A stretch of 64,000 bases of DNA from a bacterium (lineage in GTDB: Bacteria; Electryoneota; JAOADG01): positions 704,001-768,000 of the forward strand of contig OY820579.1 in NCBI GenBank assembly GCA_963681965.1, read 5' to 3'. The notes beneath the pieces were generated by a model. The model had not been told where the DNA came from, did no database searches, and was given only the letters and a program-made list of their open reading frames with translations. The translations under genes were made by a program, and so were the position numbers. Within the stretch, counting starts at the first letter, position 1, and every line of letters begins with the position of its first letter. Positions 31,487-40,242 of the stretch are shown here, piece after piece.

Positions 31487-33322
31487 TTGGTTGATTTGGT
31501 AGTAGTGGGTGGTGGTCACGCTGGGGTCGAGGCGGCAAGTGCGGCTGCCCGGATGGGGCTGTCGACGGTTTTGGTAACTCAGCAACAGGGTGCGATTGGG
31601 CGGATGTCCTGTAATCCGGCAATCGGCGGATTAGCTAAGGGGCATTTGGTGGTAGAACTCGATCCACTGGGTGGATTGATGCCACAAATCGCCGATAAGA
31701 CCGGCATCCAATTTCGGTTACTGAATCGATCGAAGGGTCCTGCGGTATGGGGACCGCGCTGCCAATCGGATAAAGACGCCTATTCCAAACTAGCCCAACA
31801 AATGTTGTTGTCTACTTCGAATTTGAGTATTTGGGAAGATGAAGTCGAGCAGTTGATTACCGAAAACAGCTCCCACTCAGAACCGAATATTATTGGTGTC
31901 CGCCTCAAGCAGCGTGGTGAAATATCCTGTCGTGGTGTCGTGATTGCCAGTGGTACATTTTTAGGCGGGCGCATTCATTGCGGTGAATGGAGTCAGCCAG
32001 CCGGAAGAATTGGTGAAGTCGGTGTATATCCATTATCGGAGAATTTAAAACAACTCGGATTTCGATTGATCCGACTCAAAACCGGAACACCACCTCGCAT
32101 TAAAAAAGAAACTGTCGATTTTGATCGCTGTCAGCCACAACCCGGTGACGATACTCCGGTCTTTTTTCATATCCTTTCGAAAACGCCCACACTCCCACAA
32201 GTTGGGTGTTGGATTACCCGAACCAACCTTGAAACGCATAAAGAACTTGCCAAGGGATTTGATCGATCCCCCATGTTTACCGGGCGAATCAAAGGAATTG
32301 GTCCCCGCTATTGTCCTAGTATCGAAGACAAAGTGAACCGTTTTTCCGATCGAGACAGCCATCAACTGTTTATCGAACCTGAGGGGTTAACACACCCTTG
32401 GATATATCTAAACGGATTTTCAACCTCATTGCCGGAAGAAGTGCAGTTGGCTGCACTGCATACAATTCCCGGAATGGAGGTTGCCGAGATCGCTCGTCCG
32501 GGGTATGCGGTTGAATACGATGCGATCCCTGCCGATTGTCTGCGATCGACATTTGAAACACGGGTGGTGTCAGGATTGTATTTTGCCGGTCAGATCAACG
32601 GTACATCGGGTTATGAAGAGGCTGCTGCGCAAGGTTTTTGGGCAGGTGTAAATGCTGCGCTGAAGATTCGCGGCGACGCTCCGTTTTTTTTGCGACGGGA
32701 TGAAGCGTACCTTGGGGTACTGTGTGATGACTTACGACTACGCGTTCCGGAAGAACCGTATCGCATGTTTACTTCGCGTGCGGAATATCGGCTGCTGTTA
32801 AGGATCGATACTGTCGGCGAACGGTTGTTGTCGCACGGCGAACGCCTCGGTTTAATCTCATCTGAGGTGCGCGATGCATACCGCGAGCGGGTTGCTATGA
32901 TCGCGTCGGGTGTTTCCGATTGTGCCACCAGAAAATATCTGCTTCCGGGTGCGGAGCGTCCAATTACTTGGAAAAGTGCATTGAAGCGTGAGGGGATTAC
33001 GCTTCCGATGTTATTGGCAGAATCGCCGATACCGCTACCCTATACTGAATATCCCGAGCTGGTCACTGCAGTTGAAACTCGGGTACGGTATGAAGGGTAT
33101 TTGTTGCGTGAGCAGAAGCAGGCAGAACGACTTCGAACCGAAGAATCGCGAAAGCTACCGGACGAATTGGACTACTCAACGATCCTTGCACTTTCGGCAG
33201 AAGCGCGAGATCAATTGGGTCGCACTAGACCGAATTCAATCGGTGAAGCAAGTCGCCTCTCGGGAGTGACTCCGGCAGACATATTGGTTTTGCTGACGTA
33301 CATTCGAGCACTTTCGAGGTAG
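31487..33322 (+). CDS. mnmG: tRNA uridine-5-carboxymethylaminomethyl modification enzyme MnmG (GidA)
   Basis: [55 protein letters not shown]. Confidence 0.97.
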   Translation: MVDLVVVGGGHAGVEAASAAARMGLSTVLVTQQQGAIGRMSCNPAIGGLAKGHLVVELDPLGGLMPQIADKTGIQFRLLNRSKGPAVWGPRCQSDKDAYSKLAQQMLLSTSNLSIWEDEVEQLITENSSHSEPNIIGVRLKQRGEISCRGVVIASGTFLGGRIHCGEWSQPAGRIGEVGVYPLSENLKQLGFRLIRLKTGTPPRIKKETVDFDRCQPQPGDDTPVFFHILSKTPTLPQVGCWITRTNLETHKELAKGFDRSPMFTGRIKGIGPRYCPSIEDKVNRFSDRDSHQLFIEPEGLTHPWIYLNGFSTSLPEEVQLAALHTIPGMEVAEIARPGYAVEYDAIPADCLRSTFETRVVSGLYFAGQINGTSGYEEAAAQGFWAGVNAALKIRGDAPFFLRRDEAYLGVLCDDLRLRVPEEPYRMFTSRAEYRLLLRIDTVGERLLSHGERLGLISSEVRDAYRERVAMIASGVSDCATRKYLLPGAERPITWKSALKREGITLPMLLAESPIPLPYTEYPELVTAVETRVRYEGYLLREQKQAERLRTEESRKLPDELDYSTILALSAEARDQLGRTRPNSIGEASRLSGVTPADILVLLTYIRALSR

Positions 33323-33389
33323 CGAATCCGTGTACAAATATTCAACACCGAGTGTGAATGAAATGTGGATAAGTCGGGGATAACTAGGA

Positions 33390-33998
33390 ATGGCTTATAG
33401 TTATGAAGATTTAGCGACACTCCTCCGAGAGACGCATTCACTGAATAATGCATCACTTACGAAGCTGCTCAGCTTACAGAATTGCGTGTTTGAACAGCAG
33501 CGTCGGATGAATTTACTTTCTTCCAAAGATGTGAACAATCTGTGGATAACTTTAGCGAATGAATCCTGCTTTGCACTGCCCTTTTTACCCGATTCGGGAT
33601 CAGTACTTGATGTCGGAAGTGGTAATGGAATTCCAGGATTGGTGTTGGCTGTTGTCCGACCGGACCTGCAATTTTCACTTTCGGAGAGTGTGAATAAGAA
33701 AGCAGTTGCATTAGAGCGAATCCGCAGTCAACTCAATCTTCAAAACGTAACTGTACTTTCAGGACCAGTTCAAACCATTAAAAATCAACAATTCAACGTA
33801 ATAACTGCCCGAGCGGTAGCACCATTTCCAACACTTTGGCTGTGGACAACGCAGGTTCGAATGTTGAATACACGATACTTACTCTTCCGAGGATCGACCG
33901 AACTACAAACGACCGAAGCCTATCCGGATGAAATCCAAGAATTCCAAACTGTACCTGCAGGAAATGTCCAACTGTGGATTGGCGATGTCGTTCGGTAA
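33390..33998 (+). CDS. rsmG: 16S rRNA m7G527 methyltransferase RsmG (GidB), divergent
   Basis: VLDVGSGNGIPG, ESVNKK, TARAVA; follows mnmG. Confidence 0.85.
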   Translation: MAYSYEDLATLLRETHSLNNASLTKLLSLQNCVFEQQRRMNLLSSKDVNNLWITLANESCFALPFLPDSGSVLDVGSGNGIPGLVLAVVRPDLQFSLSESVNKKAVALERIRSQLNLQNVTVLSGPVQTIKNQQFNVITARAVAPFPTLWLWTTQVRMLNTRYLLFRGSTELQTTEAYPDEIQEFQTVPAGNVQLWIGDVVR

Positions 33999-34094
33999 AA
34001 TGCGTGGATTATTGTTAGAGAATTTGAGTTAAGATTGAGGTTTGAACTTGCCGAATGGTGTCGTAAAAAGAATCAGGTTTCTAAAACGAGAAAC

Positions 34095-34115
34095 GCCATC
34101 TCAAAATGAGATGGC
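34095..34115 (-). terminator. Hairpin terminator downstream of tRNA-Ser
   Basis: GCCATCTCA-AAA-TGAGATGGC followed on the minus strand by GTTTCTCGTTTT. Confidence 0.6.
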
Positions 34116-34121
34116 ATTCTG

Positions 34122-34207
34122 CGGAGAGTGAGGGATTCGAACCCCCGGAAGGCGTAGCCTTCAACGGTTTTCGAGACCGCCCCGTTCGACCGCTCCGGCA
34201 ACTCTCC
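34122..34207 (-). tRNA. tRNA-Ser (CGA), long variable arm, CCA not encoded
   Basis: Reverse complement GGAGAGTTGCCGGAGCGGTCGAACGGGGCGGTCTCGAAAACCGTTGAAGGCTACGCCTTCCGGGGGTTCGAATCCCTCACTCTCCG. Confidence 0.96.
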
Positions 34208-34218
34208 GAAAGCGACAT

Positions 34219-34247
34219 ATTATAAGACAATTTCTCGGTCATCGCAA
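34219..34247 (-). promoter_or_regulatory. Sigma70 promoter of tRNA-Ser
   Basis: TTGCGA-17 nt-TATAAT on the minus strand, 11 nt upstream of the tRNA. Confidence 0.7.
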
Positions 34248-34292
34248 CCGTATCGAAGCTTGCGCCTCTATGGCGCAAAGAAAGTTATTTCT

Positions 34293-35729
34293 GTGACAAC
34301 GATTGTATGGGTTCGGAACGATTTTCGATTTCACGACAACCCGGCACTACTGTATGCAACGCAAGCGGGTGTAGCGCTTCCAGTCTATATCTGGTCGCCG
34401 GAAGAGGCGGGTGACTGGCAACCGGGCGAGGCGTCGCGCTGGTGGCTGAACCACACGCTTGGTCGATTTTCGGAAGCACTCCAGCAACGTGGATCAGCAC
34501 TCTGTTTACGCTGTGGCGATACACTAACTCAATTATTATCGGTTGCGACAGCGATCGGAGCAACAACCGTTGCATGGAACAGACGATACGATCCGATCGG
34601 TCGACAATGCGATGAATGGGTCGAAGCGGGATTGCGGGCATCGGGAATAGACGTCCAGACATTTCCCGGAAATGTGTTAATTGAACCCGATACAATTTCA
34701 ACGAAAGACAGTAAACCGTTTCAGAAATTCACGCCGTTCTGGAACAAATTATCTCAATCGCTCCTCCCCACTCCAGTGGATTCAGTTCCCGATCGAATGC
34801 AATTGCCGCAGCGTCTGCCGGCATCGGTACCACTGGCTGAAATGACGATTCAAATAAATCGGCTATCGTCAGCACACTTGATAAACTTCTGGCGTCCGGG
34901 TGAAGTGGTGGCACTGGAGCGTGTCGAAGAATTTATCGGTTCATCGATCCGGGAGTATGCAGATCAGCGCGATTATCCAGCTCTTGCCGGAACATCGCGC
35001 TTGTCTCCTCACCTTACTTTCGGCGAATTATCGGTGCGGGATTTGTGGCAACGGTTGCTGAATGAAAAAAACGCGATCATAGAAATCGAGCCGATGACGA
35101 ATGTTACCGGTATCGATACTTTTATTAAAGAACTGGCTTGGCGGGAGTTTGCATATCATGTGCTATGGCATTTTCCCCAAACAGTAGACGAGCCGATGAA
35201 TACGAAATTCCGAAATTTTCCATGGCGGACGTCGAAAGAGTTTCTGGAAAAATGGGAGTGTGGTGAGACGGGATATCCGATTGTCGATGCCGGGATGCGC
35301 GAATTATTTCAAACTGGCTGGATGCATAATCGTGTGCGAATGATTGTTGCTTCTTTTTTAACAAAAGATTTGTTGTGTAATTGGGTTGATGGTGCGCGAT
35401 GGTTTTGGGACAAACTAGTTGATGCCGATTTTGCGAACAACTCTTTGGGATGGCAATGGTGTGCCGGATGTGGCGCGGATGCTGCCCCTTACTTCCGGAT
35501 CTTTAATCCGACGGTTCAGAGTCGAAAATTCGACGCCACAGGATCCTATTTAAGACGATTTCTTCCAGAAATCGATACGTTACCTGTAAACGTTATTCAT
35601 GATCCGTGGCAGGCGTCTGGGGCAAATAGAACGATAGGTAACAAAATCCCGGGGATAAAATACCCGACCCCGATCGTAAATCATAGTGATATGCGGAATA
35701 TTGTATTATCTATATATTCAAATACGTAA
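34293..35729 (+). CDS. phrB: Deoxyribodipyrimidine photolyase (class I/III CPD photolyase family)
   Basis: WVRNDFRFHDNPAL, TSRLSPHLTFGELS, TGWMHNRVRMIVASFL, DAAPYFRIFNP; GTG start inferred. Confidence 0.92.
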   Translation: MTTIVWVRNDFRFHDNPALLYATQAGVALPVYIWSPEEAGDWQPGEASRWWLNHTLGRFSEALQQRGSALCLRCGDTLTQLLSVATAIGATTVAWNRRYDPIGRQCDEWVEAGLRASGIDVQTFPGNVLIEPDTISTKDSKPFQKFTPFWNKLSQSLLPTPVDSVPDRMQLPQRLPASVPLAEMTIQINRLSSAHLINFWRPGEVVALERVEEFIGSSIREYADQRDYPALAGTSRLSPHLTFGELSVRDLWQRLLNEKNAIIEIEPMTNVTGIDTFIKELAWREFAYHVLWHFPQTVDEPMNTKFRNFPWRTSKEFLEKWECGETGYPIVDAGMRELFQTGWMHNRVRMIVASFLTKDLLCNWVDGARWFWDKLVDADFANNSLGWQWCAGCGADAAPYFRIFNPTVQSRKFDATGSYLRRFLPEIDTLPVNVIHDPWQASGANRTIGNKIPGIKYPTPIVNHSDMRNIVLSIYSNT

Positions 35730-35765
35730 GATAAACAAAAAAATCAAATCTCTCTGACAGAAAAT

Positions 35766-36743
35766 CTATTTTTGATTCACTTCTGTGTTTTTTGAGTGAT
35801 CCAGTTCCCACTGCAACTCTTGCTCTTTTTTCTCGGGCAAAATGGAGTAGCCGCGAGTAAAACCGAGAAACAGCATTACGATTGCGAACATCGACATTAA
35901 CCAGACGATTTCCGAATAACTGCGATGTACACTGAGAATGTAGTTCGGAGAGCGTCGCATAAACGTTGGCAAAACGAGATGGAAGACAAGGTTGTCGTCG
36001 CCAAGAAACCCGGCACGTTCGTATTCGACATAGCGATCGACTTTAATCGGTCCTCGGCGATATAGGGTTTTATTTTTGTAGCTGATCCACACAGTAGTAC
36101 GTTCGATGTTGGGAAGATCTTTCACGGTACCCGGTTCGTTAACGCCCACCACCCAGCGCATTGGCGGCAATGCCAACACCGAATCGTAAAGTGGTTTTAG
36201 CGATCGATTCAATTCCGGTCGATAGATTGCCAGACAGCGAAAGAAAACAGTATCGGATCGCGAGAGCGTTTTTAGATTTAGTTGCCAGAGTGAATCATTA
36301 AAGACATCGAAGGAGGATGGTTGCTTGGATGAAAGAATATCGATCGATTTTTTGAGGAACGATTTTGGCGGCAGCGAATCGATAATGGATGTCTCGTCGA
36401 TCGAAAGCTGGTCGCGATATTTGCGACCGGCAACGAAGTGCGAATACCGATTGTAGGGTGCAGGAAGATTCGGAACAACGCGTTTGAAATCGAGAAAACA
36501 TGAATCCGCGAAATACGCTTCGATAGTTGGTTCGGTCGTCGGAGAATGAAGCGGAGTTGCTACCGCAGAAAGATATCGCGACACGAAGTCGATAAAATAT
36601 CGATTCGGTTCGCGATAGGTTTGAGTGGTGTAGAGTTCGGCTTGATCGGTTGAATAAACAATCAACAACGCAACACCACTCAACAGGCAGATTTGTAGAA
36701 CTACCAGTAGGGAAATCCGAATTTTTCGGTGCGGGTGCATCAT
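35766..36743 (-). CDS. Hypothetical membrane protein (two TM helices flanking an extracytoplasmic domain)
   Basis: 325-aa ORF with hydrophobic segments at both ends. Confidence 0.7.
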   Translation of the reverse strand: MMHPHRKIRISLLVVLQICLLSGVALLIVYSTDQAELYTTQTYREPNRYFIDFVSRYLSAVATPLHSPTTEPTIEAYFADSCFLDFKRVVPNLPAPYNRYSHFVAGRKYRDQLSIDETSIIDSLPPKSFLKKSIDILSSKQPSSFDVFNDSLWQLNLKTLSRSDTVFFRCLAIYRPELNRSLKPLYDSVLALPPMRWVVGVNEPGTVKDLPNIERTTVWISYKNKTLYRRGPIKVDRYVEYERAGFLGDDNLVFHLVLPTFMRRSPNYILSVHRSYSEIVWLMSMFAIVMLFLGFTRGYSILPEKKEQELQWELDHSKNTEVNQK

Positions 36744-36835
36744 GTTGTGGTCGTACTAGTTAACCCTGCTAAGTAATAGCGATTCGCATCAAACCGAAAG
36801 CAAAAAAACTACCTACCCGGAAATCCTAAAAAGAG

Positions 36836-37369
36836 TTATTCGCCAGCGGCATGTTCCAATGTAATTTCACTGATACCAAACCAAAAACCGCTGCCGGTAA
36901 TCGAATCCAATTCTGCTTGAATAATTTCAACATGCGCTTCTTCCATTTCAATCATTCGGGCAAAAATGCTGCGTGCCGCGGCATCGTTGGTGTTGGCGTA
37001 AAAATCCTGATAGAAGCGAACAGCTTTCGACTCGTGGTGTAGTGCGGTTTTCAGGGCGTCGACAGCAGACAAACCGGTTTCGTCGGTGATATGATGTTTC
37101 TTTTCGGCAAATTTGGGACGAATCCGCTCAAGTAGGGTTTTCGGGAGATCTTTCGGGCGAAAGTTGCCGGTTTCCTCCAAGTGGGCATACTGCTCTTCCA
37201 GCAGTTTCATGTGATCGACTTCGTCGAGTGCCAATTGAAGAAACATGTTTTTGCCGCTAACCCCCTCGGTTTTAATCGCATAGCGTAAGTAGCTTTCCAG
37301 CCCCTCTTTTTCGGCAGCGATTGCAAGTCGAAGTGCGCCTAGTGCGTCGGCAGATGGTTCGAAGATCAT
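36836..37369 (-). CDS. Ferritin-like/rubrerythrin family protein
   Basis: AIAAEKEG, LDEVDH, HESKAVRFY, MEEAH di-iron motifs; ATG at 37369 after a GGGGGG RBS. Confidence 0.88.
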   Translation of the reverse strand: MIFEPSADALGALRLAIAAEKEGLESYLRYAIKTEGVSGKNMFLQLALDEVDHMKLLEEQYAHLEETGNFRPKDLPKTLLERIRPKFAEKKHHITDETGLSAVDALKTALHHESKAVRFYQDFYANTNDAAARSIFARMIEMEEAHVEIIQAELDSITGSGFWFGISEITLEHAAGE

Positions 37370-37634
37370 GTATACCCCCCTATTCGTTTGCGGCAAGATA
37401 GCGTTTTAATGCTTAAAAGTGCAACACTCTACGGTTGCTGTACAAAAATTGATACAGTTCGGTTAAAAAAGGTTGTTTGGTGCCGGTAACCGATGTATTT
37501 TTTCGTTGTGAAAGCAGCGCATATCGTTTTCGACCGAATCGGTTTTACGATCATGCCTGTTTCTTGAATATACTGATGGAAATTCCTCAATAGATATACG
37601 TATCGACCTTGTCCACTCGAGAAAGGACAATCAG

Positions 37635-40034
37635 ATGTACCGATTGATATTCGTTTTATTGTTATTAGCTCTTGCTGCACTAGTTTTTGCAGCCGAATTT
37701 GAAACGGTTCCGATGCAACGCAGCATGCCGGTTTCAAGTATCGATAGCCGACTTCCGGGCAACGAGTTGCCGCCAACAACTGTTCCCCTCCCCCACATTC
37801 TCGACGACACCCTGCAATCGTGGGATTTTACGTCGCCCCAAGGCTGGACCTTTACCGACGCATCGGACATTGGTACGATGTGGCACCGCGACACCGTTCG
37901 TGGTATTGCCGGCGACAGCGCATGGTGGTGTGGCGATCCGGGTTTGTTCAGTCGCGGTTATGGCGACTATTGGTTCCAGGTTGTTCAAACCCCGATGATC
38001 GATTTAACATCGGCAACCAATCCCACAGTTGGATGTAAATTGTGGTGGGCGCTTGAGAGTGCCGGGTCGTCGATGGGTTATGATGGAGTTACCCTGTGGG
38101 TTTCCACCGATGGTGGTGCCACCTTCCAAGTACTTAACGGTGTCACACCGGCTTACACCTCGTCCCGGCTAAACGCCGCAACTTCGATCTGCTGGAATCT
38201 CGGAGAGAACGTTCCCGGTTATTGCGGCATGTCGAATGGTTATCGAACGGTATCCGCCAGTCTTGCAAGTTATTGTCAAGATTCGGTCGTCGTGCGCTGG
38301 ACATTATTGTCAGATCGCGCGATTTCCGGTGCGTTTCGCGATACACTGATTGGCGCGTATCTCGACTCCGTTCGGATTACCGGTGGCACGCAAACTTACT
38401 TTAGCGACAACGGCAACGCCAGTGCCAATGGTTTACGAGCCGTTCACACACGCGGTTTTGGACACCACTGGGAGTGGTCGAATTCATCATACGTATCGGC
38501 ACCAACTTCGGCGCATTGCTTCGACAATTACGCGAACCAGTTGGGCTGTCTTGTCAGCCCCCCCATCTCGATTCCGATGCGATCGGTGTATTTTACGTTC
38601 TCGGTGAACTGCGACATGCTCGATAGTACTCATGCGGACGATCCCAATGGCAGGCTTCGCCACTACTATCAGGTAGAAGTGCTGGGTCCGGATTCGATCT
38701 GGCATTGGATTACCTCGGACTATATGCGTGGCGGTCACGGTGGGTCGGGATGGTACGATTACGTCCCAGGTAGTGCATATGGCGGAAATACTTCGCTCAA
38801 TTTATCGTTGTGGGCTGGTCAAACCATCAAACTTCGATTTAAAGTGATTACCGATTACGATATTACACCTGCCGGAACCGGTCTTTGGATCGACAATGTT
38901 CGCATTATGGGCGATTCGCGCGAGTTGTATGATCTAGAACCGGTCCACATGTACATTCCGTTCCCGACTACGGTTGGCGTGACTCCGTCGAGTCAGGATT
39001 CATTGCGAATACACAACTTTAGTCGCGGAGTATTGACGAATGTTGCATGGGATATGCGACTGGATACCGCTTGGGTGACGCAAGACACGATCCCGGTAGC
39101 ATTGCCGGATAGCGAATTTATTTACACATTCAGTATTCCACTCACTACTCCGGGCGTGATTCACCCGGCAGTTCGCATACCGATGCCGACCGATCCGGTG
39201 ACTTACAAGTCGCTCTATATGGAAGATGTAATTATCCAACCGGAACATTTCCTCGAAATCGGGTACGATAATCGGTTGTGGACGAAACGCGATACGCTTC
39301 CCGCAAATATGCATTATGCGGAAATGATTGTGCCAAGTTCGGTAGGGGTTTCCGGAACATATCATGTAGCACAAATCCGGTTTGCCACGTTCGGTGGACC
39401 TGCAACCGCAGTCCACGCGAAATTGATGACATCGACTTCGAGTCGACCCGGTGTTACGTTGGTGGACACCCTTGTGACCATTCCCCAGTCGCCGGATTCC
39501 GTGATTACTTGGCATACGGTCGATATTAGTGGTCGCGCCGAATCGCGCAATCGAACCGGTACTTCGTTTGTGGTTCTCACCCCACCCGATGCGCCGTTGG
39601 TAATGCCATATTTGGCAGTAACCGATACACTCGCTTACGGGGGCTCGCGCGCTTATCGCTGGGCAGGCGGAACGGCACGACCGGTATTGAATTCACACGA
39701 TCAGGCAATTCGCGTCGTCGTCGAATGGCCGGTAACCTCGTCGGCACCGGAACATGTAGATGCACCGCTACCAACAACACTAGCACTGTCGGCATACCCC
39801 AATCCATTTAACTCGACAACGCATCTTTCCGTGTCGATTCCGAAGAGTGGAATGGTCGAACTGGCAGTATTCGATGTAACTGGCAGACAAGTCGCATCGC
39901 TTTATCGCGGCAATTTATCGGCAGGAACTTATCGCTATGAATGGCGCGCCGATCGGTATGCTAGCGGCGTCTATTTTGTTCGGATTAATGCCGACAACAC
40001 CGTTAAGATGCAAAAGGTCTCGCTTCTTAAGTAG
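37635..40034 (+). CDS. Secreted protein with two MAM/immune-inhibitor-like beta-sandwich domains and C-terminal sorting-like domain
   Basis: Signal peptide; TPMIDLT, LSLWAGQTIKLRF, GLWIDNV; AYPNPFN...KVSLLK. Confidence 0.78.
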   Translation: MYRLIFVLLLLALAALVFAAEFETVPMQRSMPVSSIDSRLPGNELPPTTVPLPHILDDTLQSWDFTSPQGWTFTDASDIGTMWHRDTVRGIAGDSAWWCGDPGLFSRGYGDYWFQVVQTPMIDLTSATNPTVGCKLWWALESAGSSMGYDGVTLWVSTDGGATFQVLNGVTPAYTSSRLNAATSICWNLGENVPGYCGMSNGYRTVSASLASYCQDSVVVRWTLLSDRAISGAFRDTLIGAYLDSVRITGGTQTYFSDNGNASANGLRAVHTRGFGHHWEWSNSSYVSAPTSAHCFDNYANQLGCLVSPPISIPMRSVYFTFSVNCDMLDSTHADDPNGRLRHYYQVEVLGPDSIWHWITSDYMRGGHGGSGWYDYVPGSAYGGNTSLNLSLWAGQTIKLRFKVITDYDITPAGTGLWIDNVRIMGDSRELYDLEPVHMYIPFPTTVGVTPSSQDSLRIHNFSRGVLTNVAWDMRLDTAWVTQDTIPVALPDSEFIYTFSIPLTTPGVIHPAVRIPMPTDPVTYKSLYMEDVIIQPEHFLEIGYDNRLWTKRDTLPANMHYAEMIVPSSVGVSGTYHVAQIRFATFGGPATAVHAKLMTSTSSRPGVTLVDTLVTIPQSPDSVITWHTVDISGRAESRNRTGTSFVVLTPPDAPLVMPYLAVTDTLAYGGSRAYRWAGGTARPVLNSHDQAIRVVVEWPVTSSAPEHVDAPLPTTLALSAYPNPFNSTTHLSVSIPKSGMVELAVFDVTGRQVASLYRGNLSAGTYRYEWRADRYASGVYFVRINADNTVKMQKVSLLK

Positions 40035-40242
40035 AACGTTTTTTAGGCGTTAAATTTCTTTATGTGATGTAGAACACTCATTTATTCGCATAAGCTGGTT
40101 GAAAACGCGAAAAAGTGACCGATATTATAGTGAGGACGTTTTGGGGTAGGTGCTCCCTACCCCAAAGCGGACAAGGTATTGAAAAACGATTGGTAATCGA
40201 TGGCGATGACCGGATGAAATTTCTTTTATATCGAGGTCGATA

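Noticed and set aside
34122-34207. Integrative element at tRNA-Ser or tRNA-Pro
   Set aside because: No integrase and no duplicated tRNA 3' end found in the window.
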